DNA from: Marsupella aquatica
Taxonomy: Eukaryota > Plantae > Marchantiophyta
DNA: 64,000 nucleotides
Assembly (NCBI GenBank): GCA_973895155.1
Contig: OZ316892.1
Span: forward strand, 14,996,861-15,060,860
Direction: 5' to 3'
The notes beneath the pieces are model-generated. The model was not told the origin of the DNA, searched no databases, and was given only the letters and a program-made list of their open reading frames with translations. Shown here one piece after another: positions 1 to 14,273 of this stretch (its first letter is position 1; each line of letters starts with the position of its first letter). The position numbers were made by a program, and so were the translations under genes.

Positions 1-752
1 AAGGGCAGAGGGGAGGTCAAATAACCCTTGGGAGCTTTTAGAACGTCCATTCATTCCAATTACTAAAGAATACCAGGTTCGTGACCGAACGTTTGTGGTC
101 ACAATAGGCTGAAGATACAGTTTGTGACATTTCTGTTTTGACCATACAATGCACTACTTCTGAGAATCCGTTTTGGGCCCCTTCGGGTCCCCATCACAAC
201 AACTGAACAAAGTTCAGCCAACAATGCACATCCACAAATGCCTGTGCTTCAGAAAGAAACAGAAATAGGAGATATAAAATGCACATATCACAGATGCCTG
301 TGCTTCTGCACGAAACAGAAATGGAAGACACCACATGAAGGCAACATTCTTAGGAATTCAACATCTTAACATCTATGTAGTGGTGATACAACACTCTGGA
401 ATGTGAGCTACTGTCAAGGACAAGCGGCAGGTGAAGATGAGCTTCTCGCTGTAGTCAAAGCGTCGATATCTTTACACGAGACTATTGACAAATGTCTTTA
501 CATGAGACCATCGGCAAATGTCTAAACCTTGTTCTCAACAGATTACTAGGCTTCTGCGGCGACAGCGTTTCTCAAAACTTGTACCCTCTTTACTGACCAG
601 TGAGGGTGGCCTCTGTCTGCAAAGATGGCTTGTGGCTTATGGGGGGCTTGCTCCCGTTGAAAACAGTGGAAACCGTAAAACTCCTGCATAATAGCTCATA
701 ATAGCTGCATAATAGCTGCCCCACCTCTTTAAGTCAACAAAGATAACGACGC

Positions 753-2873
753 TTATCTCAGGGATGAAGGAGGAGGTTGAGGAGCAGTCCGAGCTAAACT
801 CATCCACGCGATAATCCCAATGCTCAATACAACCCAGCCCATGACATCATATTTGAAGTCGTTATCCTTCTTTTTCTTCTTTGAAACCTGTTTCAGAGGG
901 CCGAGGACAACTAATTCAGCATACATGAGAGCCTTTGCCAGCAGCCAAAAAGAATTTTTCACCATAAGATTTTTCGCTATTGACAATAGTATCCACTATT
1001 TACAATTGGGGACTGATTTGACAGGCATGTGCAAAAAAGAGGACATATCGCGGACATACTTTCGAGGCTCCTGCGCCCGAGGCACTCCCGCCACCAGCAA
1101 TTACTTGTTGTGAGGCCAACTGCCGCTGTAACTCTTGGTGCAGTGAAGGTGCCTGCCAGCGGAAGTAGTCTATAGTTAGTGACTTTTAGACGTAACGATC
1201 CACAATATAAATTGAAAACAAGCGCCAAGAAGGCAACCATGACGGACACTATAGTGAACGGACAGAAGGAGCATTTGCTGACAAAAGTACCTTTGTAGTC
1301 ATTTCAAGGGCTTTCTGATAGAGATCATTATCAGGTTCCTGCACAACATGCCAGAGAACATTGTAACAACTGCCCAGAAGTCAACCGCGAAACCTTCGCC
1401 ACGTAAACGTTTGAATGACTAGACCCCTGACGAGATTTCTTTCAAATCGACTCCTAAATACGTCTTAAGCATCTCTCCATATCATGGCAGTCTACAAAAC
1501 AGCTGCATCTCGTAGTTCTATTAGTTGAATACTATGAGCTTTACAATTCATCTGGGAAATCTTTTCCAACTTTTTATGCTTAGAGCGGATGCGTACGCGA
1601 TCATCAAGATTTCACTGATGAGAGGGAAAATAGAACAAAGGTTTAGACCATGACTCGACCTCGTGTAAACACTCGAAGGGTTGGATCTCACGTTATTAAG
1701 CTCACTTGTCTGGATCGCTGCTAAAGACGACTTGGAGTTGACACGTTATTATGACACCCTAATGCAAGCATGACTGACTTTTCCACATACCTCCTCCAGC
1801 GCCATTTGGAAGCATTTAGCGGCTTTCTTGAAAAATTCATTGGATTTATCTGTTTCCGTAACCAGAAATCCTTGAGATGTGTGCGCATTGCCTAAGCACC
1901 AGAGTGTATCATGTTTCCTCGGATTAATTCTGAGCGCTTCTTCCAATTTGGACACCGCCTCTAAAGCAAAACGGAGGGGATAAAGTGGTCAGGAGGGACC
2001 CGAAAAAATACAACTCATGGAATGATATACCACAACCGTTTCCATTTCCCCGATAATGAACGTCAAGAAAAGCAGAGGTTCGCCTATGGCTAATCGTTAC
2101 CAACTGACATAACCGCAGATCGACACGTACTTTTGCAAACAGCGTGGGTTCAAACGCCCTATCACATTCTCGAAAGAATTCTAGCCAGCTCAAGCAGGAG
2201 ATTCTCAGTCATTCGGACAATAGCTTCTACTAATATTGTGCAAGAGCCAATTCTGTCTACATGACCTACAAGAAGAGAACAACATGCACAAAGCCCACAC
2301 GAAAGAAGGAAACGGAATAAAACCTTGAACCATGTCGGCTGAATCTTGACCCTGGCGAAAGTGCGCTAACTCCAACAATGCTCCTCCCCATCGCGTCAAA
2401 TTCTGTGAAACAAAATGAAACGCTCGACGAGCTGAAAACACTAAGCAGAAGACAGCCTAAAAATCAAGGTACCTTCTGTCATTCGGAAACCGTACCATAC
2501 ATCGAGATAACAAAATTTCTGCCCAAATCTAAAAACTCAAGAGTCGAAACTGCGCAGATCCCGAGTCATCACTCCACCACTAAGTGTTCTTCTACCGTCC
2601 GTCACAATTGCCACAAATAACACCTCACGCCCATGACGAAATCTTCCAGCGTCTACGCAAACTTCTAGCAACGATTAGTGCGTCATTTGGCTCGCCTATT
2701 TGCCAACGTCCTGCCAGCGACTAGAAACGCAAAATTATACAGAGGAGGGACGAAGCAATGTGAGGACTCACGTCGGGATCGGTGGGCGACCGCAAGTAAT
2801 CCGACGCGGCCTTCTCCCGCGTTTGCTCGAAGAACATGAGCCTCTCCAGTTCCTCCCGCGGTATGGAGTCCAT
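753..2873 (-). CDS. TOM20: Plant-type mitochondrial import receptor TOM20 (6 exons, ~208 aa)
   Basis: GT-AG exons read from the sequence: 2772-2873 ([22 protein letters not shown]), 2324-2402 ([15 protein letters not shown]), 1791-1960 ([26 protein letters not shown]), 1291-1338 ([16 protein letters not shown]), 1060-1152 ([12 protein letters not shown]), 753-887 ([27 protein letters not shown]-terminal membrane anchor). The exons sum to 627 nt in frame. Confidence 0.95.
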
Positions 2874-3974
2874 TGTGGTATCACTCGACCTGAGCACGTC
2901 GAACTTCTCTGCCTCCGAACTCAAGATGGAGATTGACAAATGGAGAACCGATCCTGCACTAGGATTGTAGTATGTCTCCCAGCCTCGAGTTTACTACGAG
3001 CCTCTCGACAATCTCCTTCGTCAAGAGAGTGTAGTGTTGAAACAGACCCACAAATCTGCTCCAGTTTATGTCCATGACTCTCCTAGTCTCATACCCTAAT
3101 CTGACTTTTCCTTGCCTACGTGTCACTGCTACCACTGCCCTTGCACTCCAATAATAGCAAAAGTCCTGCTCTCTCAAACTGAAACCTCCATGGACCCAAA
3201 CGTTTGACAAATTGCCAAGATGGACCAGCACAACCCAGATGGAGTACAAAAAATAATTCTTTGTACTCAGAAAGCACTATTCTTTTGTAAAAAAAATAGT
3301 AATTCTGGTCAGTGACCTGGTCTGCCCAGGCTGCAAGGTTCATGGGAGTGGATCCAAGCAACAACACGTACTTCCCCTGTTCCCCTCGGGCATCCTCGGT
3401 TCTTCATTTGAGGGCAGCCTGCCTGCAAAGCTGGGATACCTGTTTCATCGTCCCTCAAACGCGGCTTGACCCGGTCGGGACTTGAGGACTCCTAGAATGA
3501 GAGTGACCCTGCCATCCACTCCCAAATCTAAAACTTGAGGGCTGCCCTCAAGTGATGAAAGACCAAGATTACCTCCAAGAGTTTAGGAGATTTGAGGGTA
3601 GGGACCATAAACCTGGTTTGAGGGGTGATGAAATAGAGCCCTATTGTTAGAATGGAAAACTTGTAATACTTTAGACCTAGGTTCCATGGATGTGGCAAAG
3701 CAGGTACTAGGGGCTCCAAACATGTAAGGTCAAATGATATGGTGCAAGGTTGCAGCAGATATGGAGGGTGATAGAATATATACATACAAGGGCACAGCTA
3801 GGCTACCCAAATAATGTACAGTAATTGCACCAACCTTTGTATATTAACATTAAGATGACATTCATAATAGGGTGGGAGGCGGGATACCCAACCCCCCCTG
3901 CCCATTGTACATCGCTTTTAGGGGGCATTATGTGTGAATCAGGTGAGATGCGTCTTACTCAAGGAAGTGTTGGT

Positions 3975-4309
3975 TGTTAAGTAAAACGTCTATTACTCAT
4001 AAGACAGCATGCACAAGTACAACATTCACCAAATGCACAAGTAATTGACAGAGTATATGTGCGATTCATCTCACTAGAAACACACAAGAGAATTTTATTG
4101 AATTCTAAGTTTTGTATTCATATCTAGTCTCCACGGTCTAAGCTCTTCCTATCTCCTAACTGATTTCATAACAATGAGCCTAAGTTCCACTCACTAACTA
4201 AGTCCTCATAGTGTAGTAGTTGCATATTTAAGTGTAACCAAACACTTGACAATGGCTCGACAAGTTACGGTTACAAAGTAACTCTAGACCTAACAATAAA
4301 CATCTAACA
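3975..4309. mobile_element. Solo LTR related to the Copia LTR at 44399-44742
   Basis: TGTTA...TAACA termini with an exact 5-bp TSD TTGGT (3970-3974 and 4310-4314). Shares AACACACAAGAG, AAGCTCTTC, AATGAGCCTAAGTTCCAC, CTAAGTCCT and ATCTAACA with the LTR at 44399-44742. Confidence 0.85.
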
Positions 4310-4969
4310 TTGGTTATCTCCTTGGACCTTGGTTGGCCCCTTTGAGACCTTAATTGAACCCTCTCTTCTGCCTGGCACAAGTCCCTTGGGAACCTTGATA
4401 GTATTTCCCCTTGTGGGCTACCGTAAAGTATTGCATACCCAATTGCATGCTCCAGCCGAGGATGATCTTATTTTTTACTCCATGGCAAAAAAGACCTATT
4501 ATACTTTGAAACATTTTGAGGCAAGCAAAGTCTACTGTAGGCTTGGTTAGTTTAATTTGGGGCATTACATCACATCCTTACTTTTCTCCAGGTGACAATT
4601 AAAGAGCTTGATTGTAGCATGCCCAAAGCCTGAGGATACTATCCAGACAGAGTCTTGGTGAATAGTGGAAGTAGCCCCAAAAGCCCAAAACATTCATAAC
4701 TTTCATTTCTTTCAAGGCATTATTGCTTGAAGCAAATATCATTGTCTTTAGTTTGATTATGCATTGCGGACTAAGAACCCATAGGGAGCAAGTTCCAATA
4801 GATTGAAGATTGGTGTTGGATTGAAGGGATTCCTCTTGTTCTCAGCCACTTAGGGGTGATAAAAATTGTGATTTGCAACTTTCGGTGAAGATTGGTAGTC
4901 CCTAGATCAAGATATCAAAAACCATCCAAGGAGTAGACAACACCAAGACAGGGTCATATCTTTGGATCT

Positions 4970-5240
4970 GATCTTGCTGTGTTATCTTGGACATAACAGA
5001 ATATCTGGGATGCTAGGGAGGGAGTGTGTTGTGAAAGTTTAAGGGAACACATAGCTTCTTACAAACAGACCTTATGGCAGATTGACTTGAAAATTATTAG
5101 GTGTACAAAGATCTTGCTCTGTTATCTTGGACATAACATAATATCTGGGATGCTAGGGAGGAAGTGTGTTGTGAAAGTTTGAGGGAACACATAGCTTCTT
5201 ACAAACAGACCTTATGGCAGATTGACTGGAAAATTATTAG
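4970..5240. repeat. Near-identical tandem duplication, ~140-bp period, 2 copies
   Basis: GATCTTGCT.TGTTATCTTGGACATAACA...GAAAATTATTAG at 4970-5100 and again at 5110-5240. Confidence 0.9.
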
Positions 5241-7251
5241 AACATAAAAGTTAGAAGCTAAGCTTTTTCATGCCTAGAATACTAGAAAATGGCGCTTTGA
5301 TAGACCACAGAGAAACTGAAGCACATATGGACCTTTATGTTTAAGTATCAAAGATAGCTCCTAACAACTTTTGGAGAGAGTAAAGTATGGACAGTGAGTG
5401 ATGGAATGGTTGCTAGAAATTCATAATCAATTCTTTGTGAAAACTTGTTGGAAAGATCATTCCAACCTGCTTCTGATGGGCCCAAGAAGAGCCAGTTCGG
5501 AAACATGGAAAAGGAATATATTGAAAGTCAAAGTTTGCCATTGGAAACTTTTTGAAATGTGAATGGTGTCAAGAGTGAAATCCCAAAAGGTGTCACGATC
5601 CACGAGGGGTGCATGCTTCAGGGCTTGGTCCATGGGAGCATCACTTTCTAGACCACAACATTGGAAAGATGTTCACATCATCTGCAAAAAAACCTGCATA
5701 GAAGGTCTGAGATTATTATTTGTTTAGATAGCACATTTCCTTAGTTAAAATGCTCACATTTTGTTGGCTGTAAAAATGTATGTTATCTATTGGTCAGGAG
5801 CAGTTAGGTCGAATATTGTGGTTCATTGGAACATTCATGTATACAGTATTACTAGTCACCTCAATACGTAGACTTTCCTACTATATCCCACAAAATTGTT
5901 GTAATCAAGTGGATCCCAAAGTTGAAAGATCACCAAACCTTGTCCATAGCTTAAGAGAAATTAATTCCCCAGCAAAGTGAGGGCTCTAGATAGATAGTAG
6001 TGCTGTCTAACCTTTAGTACGCAGGGGAAAACAAAGGGTGATAGGGGAACTTTATTAGTGACAGGGGAAATGCCAGGTTAATCAAAATGTCCAGGTGAAA
6101 TGGGTATATATTATTGTGTATCATGAATAAGAAACCAGGGTCCACTTTTCACCTTGCCTTGCCAAGACTAACATACTTTAACTTTTCATTGAAAAGTATA
6201 ATAAGATAATCCAGATACTATTGATCTCACTGCTTAATAAGCAAGGAAGGCGAGAGCTGGAAAAACCAGTGAAGTGTGAAGTGTGAGACTTCTTTCTGAG
6301 CACGTGAAGTATGTGTCTCTGCCTTTTGGAATTCCCGGTATTATTCTATTCTTATTACTTTCACTAGGAGCAATGAAATGTCCTTAAAATCCTCGATAAA
6401 TCATCTGACGGGCTAGAGTCGTCACTCCTACTTCTTACTTTGCACGAATGAAAAAGCGGAGGAGGGAAAGAAAAGAAGCCCCGATGGCATGGATTTGAAT
6501 GTTGACGAGTAATACATGGACCAATGTAAGTTAGATGGACCGTCCTAAAGCCTCCGTTTAAACTCATATAGTATCTTTCACGTGTCTCAATGTTTCCAGT
6601 CCTGAATGATGTCTTCTGCGCTCCTCTCCACAAGTCGAGTCGTAAAGAACTCTCGTGCTGTTCTCGAGCTTTCAGTTCGGTCGTGGAGAAAGGCCGGTCG
6701 CCATAAGTCCTTGCTGCCCCGCCCTCCCCTCTGGTGTGAGCTCTGTCACTTCTCACTGCAGACTTGGAAATCTTTTCCTACCTTTTTGGATCCCGCGAGA
6801 TTTTTTTCAATGTTTCTCGTTGGTGCTGGGAGCCTGATCTTCCATCGTTGTTAGCCCAGGAGAAAGACGCGATCACGGACACCCGTTCTCTCCATGAATT
6901 CCAGCATCAGGTGTAGACATTCTTTTGTTGATCCTTGTACTACTTCGTGTTACTGAGCGAGAACAATGTGCAGTACTCGGAGCCTAGTGTTGCAAGTTGA
7001 GGGAAGGTTTGGGACAGTGCTTTTCAGAATTATGGCGATCCACGACCAGTAGACGAAGTCCTTGGTTCGGCGCTTCACAACAGTGGATTCTCTTTCAAAG
7101 TAGGAGCTGCAGGTTTACATATCTGACGGCATTGTGGCTGACCTGGTTACTGACAAGAGAAATTATTTACTTTCATGAACTTGGCCAAAATGGAACCGCC
7201 ATCACAGCAATTGTTTCGTACCTTGTAGTATTGAATCCTTGTATCATTTCC

Positions 7252-10200
7252 ATGGGTACTGCATCAGCTCGTGTGGTCGTTTGGCGGAGTTTCTCTTCTG
7301 GAGCCTTACGGGGATCGAAGGGTCAGCAGCAGGTGAGTACTGATGTGACTAGAGGTTGCATCCTCCAGCTAAATTATGGTAGAGACCTACGCAAGTTACC
7401 TTTAGCAGGCATGGCTGTTCACCGAGCTTGTAAACTAAAATTGTGTGGAGGAAAGCGGGAGAGTTTGACGGATTTGCTCAATAAAACATTGATACGAAGG
7501 ACGAAGTATCTCAACGCCTCTGGATCTCTAGGGCAATTACAGCTTTGGAGTGTCGGATTCATTTCTCCATTACCACAGCGCAGATTGGTGGTCCCTGTTG
7601 TCTGTAATGCTCACAGCTTTTCCGCGGCTAATCACGGTCAAAACGGGGGAGCATTCGAGAAACACGCGGATATACCCGGTGCAGCAGCTGGAGGGGAGAA
7701 GAATCTTTTCGGTAGGGCGGATCGGTTGGATGTATTTTATGCCCAATTAGTGGGAATTCTAAGGGTAATTCTGTCCTTTTTGCCGCACGGAAGCTGGTGG
7801 GATGTCGGTGACGAGGAATTCGATCAGGAAAATACGACTTCGATCACTTTCAAGGATGCAATGTTGCGGCTTTGGGTGCTCATTTCTCCCGACAAATTAG
7901 TCATCGTGACGGCATTCATTGCCCTCGTCATCGCAGCTGTAAGTTTCGTGGAAAATTTGGTCGTCCATAAAGGATGTGATTGCGTAGCAGCACGGAAACA
8001 ATGGAAGGGGAGAATGCATCTAGCCCTGGTTTCTAACCAAGCGTTTGATATTGCCGTGCTCGTATGTTCACGATACCGTCGCGGGGCTATAGGTCTCAGG
8101 CTTCTTCGTGGTTTTAAAAGGAGTGTCGTAGCTCGAACTCATTTTCTCTCTACCCGTTCTTCCAGTTATCAGAGGTCACGATTCCACATTTCGTAGCAGC
8201 GACAATATTCGCAGCTCAAAGTGGATTGACGGAACAGTTTTACAGTAATGCAAAACTATTAGCTGCCATGAGCTGCACTTATGGTCTCTTCAGGTGAGTC
8301 AATAATTCGAGAGTAGGTAGCATCTTTGATCATTTTGCAGTTTGAAGACTCCTCATCAGCCACCGATGGATATATCCGAAGGTTGTTGCGTTTGCTCCTC
8401 CTGATGTAGCCTCAATTCAGGGTTTATACATATTTTTTCCCTACAGACTTTCACGTCCTGAGCCTTTGAATTGTCGTGAATCTTGGATACAGTGGGCTGC
8501 GTGGTGGATGTTTCGCAATTGCCAATCAAATATTGGTGAGATCAATGTTCGCTTTTATGGCAATTATGTCTGGTACATCTCTTCGTAGCTCAGTTTATCA
8601 CCTCCTTTATGTAGTGCTTGTGGTCTTAAGTTCATGATGTATTGGTGTAGAATCATCTCGTGGCTAACATCTTTACCTTTACACGGGTTAGGTCGTCAGT
8701 AAGACGCGCCTGAATTCCTTACTCAAGATTAAAGCAGAGAAAAACTCTGAAGATCTTCGTGGAATATCGGTGTTGTTGTAGATGAGGAGAATGAGGGAGA
8801 AACTTTTTACAAATTTGCTGAACCAGGTGTGGATCTCTACGAAACATTGAGATCAATGCCAATTATTATCGCCGATTATTAGTCTCAACTCAGTCAGAAG
8901 CTTTGAGATGTGTGCAATTGCCGAGAACAGAAAATATTGGCTTGTGCAACTAGTGGTTGTTCCCAATTCAAGACGTCAATAGACTAGTTATTGACAAGGA
9001 ATGGAAGCTTGTGTTCTCTAGAACGGTGATGTTTTCAATTATTTGTGTTATGGTGCGGTCTTCCGATCAGCTGGTTTGCTTGTTCCAAGGAAACTAGACG
9101 GTTAATATATCTCTTGCGGGTTATTTCCAGGACATTGTATTCTTTGACACAGAAGCAGTTGGAGCATTGACTAGCAGACTTGGGTCAGACTGCCAACAAG
9201 TTTCCCGCATAATTGGGAATGATCTCAATGTGATGTTTCGAAATGGTTTGCAGGTACTGTCTTATCATCTTGGGTTGCCTCTTGCTACGGGAATCAGGGA
9301 TCCAATAAAATTATTTCGGGACAGCCATTTTCCGGTTGTAGCATTTCGTACTGTTAGTTCATTAATCTGAGTGGCACCAGTATTGGCCAAGCAATCACTT
9401 CGATAGCTTTTCTCACTAGTAGAGCCACTTTGCTGAATGCTTAGAAGGTTGGTGCATAAAACTTTTAGTTAATCCAGTAGTCAGTTTTGAGTGATACCAG
9501 TGACATATAGTCGCTATTGCAATATTTCATCGAACGAGTGTTTTGCAAAGTGTTGAATGGGTGGGTATTGAAGCCCTTATGTTTTAAATGATGTAGGGTA
9601 TTGGAGCATTTGCCTATCTGATGACACTATCCTGGCAGCTGGCTCTCACTACTTTCACCATATGTAGTTTGATGTGGTCAATCATGAGGTTTTACGGAAG
9701 GTATACCTTTCCCTGATTCTTGTTTCGAGTGTTGAGGTCTCAGACTTCGTTCTGAACAGTAGAGCCTGAGCTATGTAAGTTTCCGAGGGGAGATCTAATA
9801 ATGATTGTGGTGTCGCGGTTAAACAGTGAAATCTGTTCCCAGATCTACTCAAGGGGAAGTTGTTAGGCCTTGTGTACGATCCCTATAGAGGTATATAAAT
9901 GTAAAGTTTCCTGTACGGATGTGTCTAGTGATCAGTCTTTGATCGTTCTTAATCTCCTCTGTGAAATTGCTATTGTACTTATATACATAAGATTGCAGTA
10001 GACATCCTGGAAGACATGAATACTGTGAATTTTTAGAGAATTTCGTGTCAATCCAAAATTGTGCACGAAGTGTGACGGAAACTTTCTGTGAGAGTCGTTC
10101 CCTAGGGCTGCACTCATTTTCTTGCAGGGTGGTCACATTCTTTACGCTTTATTTTACACTCACGCGTTGCTTGAGCATCGGAGTAGTATCCCATTTGCTC

Positions 10201-13200
10201 TTATGTGTGTCTCCAGAGGGTTAAGATCGAAATAAACATTCAAGGTTTTTGAGAAATATATAGACGTTATGACTGGGTGTTCCTTTCTCTCTTAAACTAC
10301 TTAATGAGACCATAGTGTAGTTACTGATGTAGTTTTGGTCCCTCTGACAGCTACCAGAAAAGCACAGCCAAAGCAGCTCAAGAATCTATAGCTTTAGCCA
10401 ACGAGGTAAGGGACACTCGCTCTACGGTAGTAATGTGATAGAAGAAACGAAGTTTTGCGTGTGTTGTAGAGATTGAATGGTAGCAAGAACTGATTATTTT
10501 TTGGTACATAAATTTACGAGGGACGAACTATCCAGGCATTTTCGGTAGCTGTCAGAAGTGCTGTACGAAGGGGTTCTCTTGCTTTGTGTAATATGTATAC
10601 ACTCAAGTGGGGATTTAATCGAAAATTGGGGTAGCAGAGTGAAATCGTTTGAGTTGTTCATTCGTGTTTCAAATTTTGAGCAAGAAAATCATTTGGAAAT
10701 GCATTGTGCAATGTTGTCGGTGTCAGGTTGCAGAGGAGACCTTCTCTCTTGCAAGGGTTGTACGAACATTTGGCACGGAAGAGGAAGAAGTTTTCAGGTA
10801 GCATTGATTCATATCGGTTAATTTGATAACCTGAGATTTTGACAACCTTGTTACATACAGCAAAGGACAGTCCTAATTTGTGGATTGTTTCAGGATATCT
10901 TGTTGGCTTGAAGCATACACTTAATCAACCCAACTCGCATGTTTTATGTGCAGGTACTCCAAGTGGTGCAAAAAGTTATTTCAAATCAATTTTCGACAGA
11001 ATGTTGCTTATGGTTTCTGGACATGGAGTTCAAATACGCTCTACAATGCAACTCAGGTGTTACTTCTGTGGATAAGGCAGATGTGAAAGCGAGGCATAAC
11101 TAGCTGCAACTCAAAAAGAGCAGAGAACTAAATCTACAAATTACTCTGCAACTACTTACTGAAGCTGTTAGATGTATGTAGAATTGACATAGATGAAAGT
11201 GTGCCAAGTCAGTACGCCAAATCATTAGAGGCTATCTACTTCAGTAGAATGGCGAATCTCAAAGCTGGGTCCTTATGTCCAAGGGTTGTTCTTGTAGGTT
11301 GTTGCCTTGCTGATAGGAGGAGGTTACGTCATGGCAGGCTTGATAACTGCGGAGCAGCTTACCAAGTTTGTTTTATATTCGGAGTGGGTTGTGCACTCAA
11401 CATGGTGGGTCGGAGATCACTGGGCTTCCTTGATGCAGGCTATTGGTGCCAGTGAGAAGGTCTTCAATCTCCTCGACCTACCTCCAAGTCAGCAGCTTGT
11501 ATCAAAAGGTGAGTAGAGAAATCATGCTTACAATTCGATGTCGAACTCAGGTTGCAAAACTTTTCATTTTCAAATGATCCAAAAGCCTCTGCAAGATGAG
11601 AAAAGAAGTTCTTACCTTGCAGATTCATGCTGTGAAGCCTTTACATTTCGTAGACTGCCTTATTGGATTCTACGATCCCCTCATTTCTCTCCAGGACATA
11701 AGGTCTTTGGCCAACGAGGTTGCAGACGTTGTAGAATGAGATCTGTCTACTTGATTATTGAATTACCTCTCAAGGTCTTGTGCTCCCTGACTTTGAAATT
11801 AGAAGTTTCGAGTTTCTGAGGCCCACTTCCTTTTGTTGGACAGGATGCACACTCCCTAAAGTGAAAGGGAGAATTCAGTTCAATGATATCTGGTTTTCCT
11901 ATCCTGCAAGGCCTCAGGTGCGAAAGACAGTTGTTTCTGTGTTTCTCATCCCTTTTTCCATGAATCTCAAAGTATATGGTTCTAGTGATACCTTTTTTGC
12001 AAGGGCCCTTGATTGGATCTGAAATTTATATTTTATCCAAGTTTCATGAACACGCATGACTACCTTTAAGTTGGCCTTTGAATGCCGTTTTGGCTCCTCA
12101 AATTTCATTCTCGTTATACGGTGGGTAATAAATGAATCAGCTCGACTGGGCTAATAACCGTTTCTTTTTATGTTGGTGTATTTCAGGTCCCAATACTGCG
12201 CAATGTAAATTTATCCATTTTTCCTGGTGAAGTTGTTGCCGTGGTAACTTTCTGACAAAATCCTATTTCTGGATCTGTTCTTAGCACAACGGCGAACTTG
12301 AGATTTTTTGGTGATGTAGAAAAAGCAGAGGTTTTTGTTGGAACAGTTTAGGGAGGCATCAGGGATCTTGAAGACTTTCTCATATTCACTACAGTTCCTC
12401 CTTCATGTCGCAATAGTTATGCTCTATGGTTGGGGTCAGTTTTTTTTATTGAAGACTGATTTTTCAGTGTTGCTTCTTTTAAATAATGTCAGTCCCTTGT
12501 TGGTAAGCTTTTGGTTGATCTTTTCGCTGGATATGGATAGGTTGGCTTAAGTGGCAGTGGAAAGAGTACAATTGTTGCTTTGCTGCTGCGACTCTATGAG
12601 CCCTCTCGAGGCCAGGTGTGGCTAGTTTTATGCTGGAAATGTTTTTCTCTCTCGTTCTTGCAGCAGAATTGTTAATTTTTCAGTTTGGATGGTACATTCG
12701 ATTAGGACACTCTTTAAAGGTCATATGTGGAGCTGGTATCTACAGGCATTTTTAGATTTGTCCATACTACAAATATATTTTATTGAAACCGAAGTTTGTG
12801 TGAAGCTTGTCTTTTGAAGCATAATACCATCCAGTCCTTTGTAGTTCAGTTGCATACCTGATTGTTACAGAAAATGTGGAAAACTCGTTTCAGGTCATGA
12901 TAGACGGTGTTCCTCTCACTGATCTTGATATTCGATGGTTCAGGCGCCAGCTTGGAGTCGTGAGTCAGGTGACTATCTCCCATAGTTCCGGGTTCCGGGT
13001 TCCGTCATTTCTGCTTGTCTCACCGGAATATATGTATACTCTCTCGTGTTCATTAAAATACGGCTCTGTTCATTGCATTCTTGCAATTACCATTGGGGGA
13101 ATAGCTAGTGCCCCAAACCAGGATTGTTGACTTGGGTCTGGGCCCTCTTGTCTCGGAGTGTTGAGAAACTCCACTTCGCCTGATTTACTGGACCGTTCTG

Positions 13201-14273
13201 TTGAGTGAACCATCTGTTTGTGAGTTCCATGCAGAAACTTAAGTAAGGCCCTGACTTGCTTGACCTGTCATTACTGTAGGAGCCTCGTCTCTTCAGCATG
13301 GATGTAGCTTCCAACATATCCTACGGATGTGCGGGAACAACACAAGCTGAAATTGAAAAGGCGGCGAAGCAGGCAAATGCTCATGACTTTATAATGGCTC
13401 TGCCCGACGGCTATAGAACTGTTGTGGATAACGTCCGTCTTAGTGGTGGACAAAAACAGCGAATTGCTATTGCCCGTGCTTTGCTGAGAAACCCAGCAAT
13501 ATTGATCTTGGATGAGGCAACCAGTGCGCTCGATTCTGAGAGTGAACACCTTGTGCAGGTGGGTGGCACTCACTCCACAGGCAAAACTTTATGTTCATGG
13601 AAGAAAATCATTGCGTTTCAATCTCTCATTTAATTGCAGGACTTTTCATTTCTTACACTGTCTGATACAGAAAGCTTTGGATCAAGCAATGCGTGGAGAT
13701 GGCAATCAGCGGCGAACTGTTCTCGTCATTGCTCACAGGTGATTTTTATGTCTGTTCTGCTGAGTAAAATAATACCGCTCTAATTGGAACTATGAGCATA
13801 TTGGTCAGGGCATGCATAAGACCAACAAGTATAATTTGTATCAATGAATAATCCTCAAGTTTCTGTTGCTACCGTCGTTTTTTTCCCGGTAGTTAATATT
13901 GTACACAGGTCATAAGTGGTCTGAAGTTCTATCAACAATTGACATTCCTGCTAATGGACTGTGTAACGATGACAGGTTATCAACAATACGAGCCGCCAAC
14001 AGAATTGTAGTCATGCGTCAAGGGCAGATTGCAGAGGTTAGTCCAATATACCTGCCGCGTAATTGCCTGGGGCAATGCCATAAGGGTAGCTTGCTTTTCA
14101 TTTACTTTTTCTTACCATTAATTGTTTGTCAAAGCTTGCTTTCCATAACTGCTGATGCCTTGGGTTTCTCGGTCCTGCAGATGGGCAGCCACGATGAATT
14201 ACTTAGATTAAATGGAGACTATGCGCGGTTGACAAAACGACAAGTAAACACTCTTCCTCAAGGCAGCAGCTGA
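7252..14273 (+). CDS. ABCB26: Half-size ABC transporter, subfamily B (ABCB26/TAP1-like), probably plastid-targeted, ~18 exons
   Basis: Ser/Arg-rich N-terminal extension from ATG 7252 (start inferred). TMD exons ([76 protein letters not shown]). Walker A GLSGSGKS (~12544), Q-loop GVVSQ, signature [14 protein letters not shown], Walker [14 protein letters not shown]-loop VIAHRLST, stop at 14273. Confidence 0.9.

Noticed and set aside
222-330. Imperfect ~55-bp direct repeat downstream of TOM20; a similar small duplication occurs at 30808-30905
   Set aside because: Ordinary local duplications with no further structure.
4320-5650. Possible decayed transposase remnants around the 140-bp duplication
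   Set aside because: No motif could be read convincingly; a translated search against a TE protein library would be needed.
6997-7251. 5' extension of the 399-aa ORF
   Set aside because: It starts at TTG. The first in-frame ATG is at 7252, so this part is probably 5' UTR or intron.
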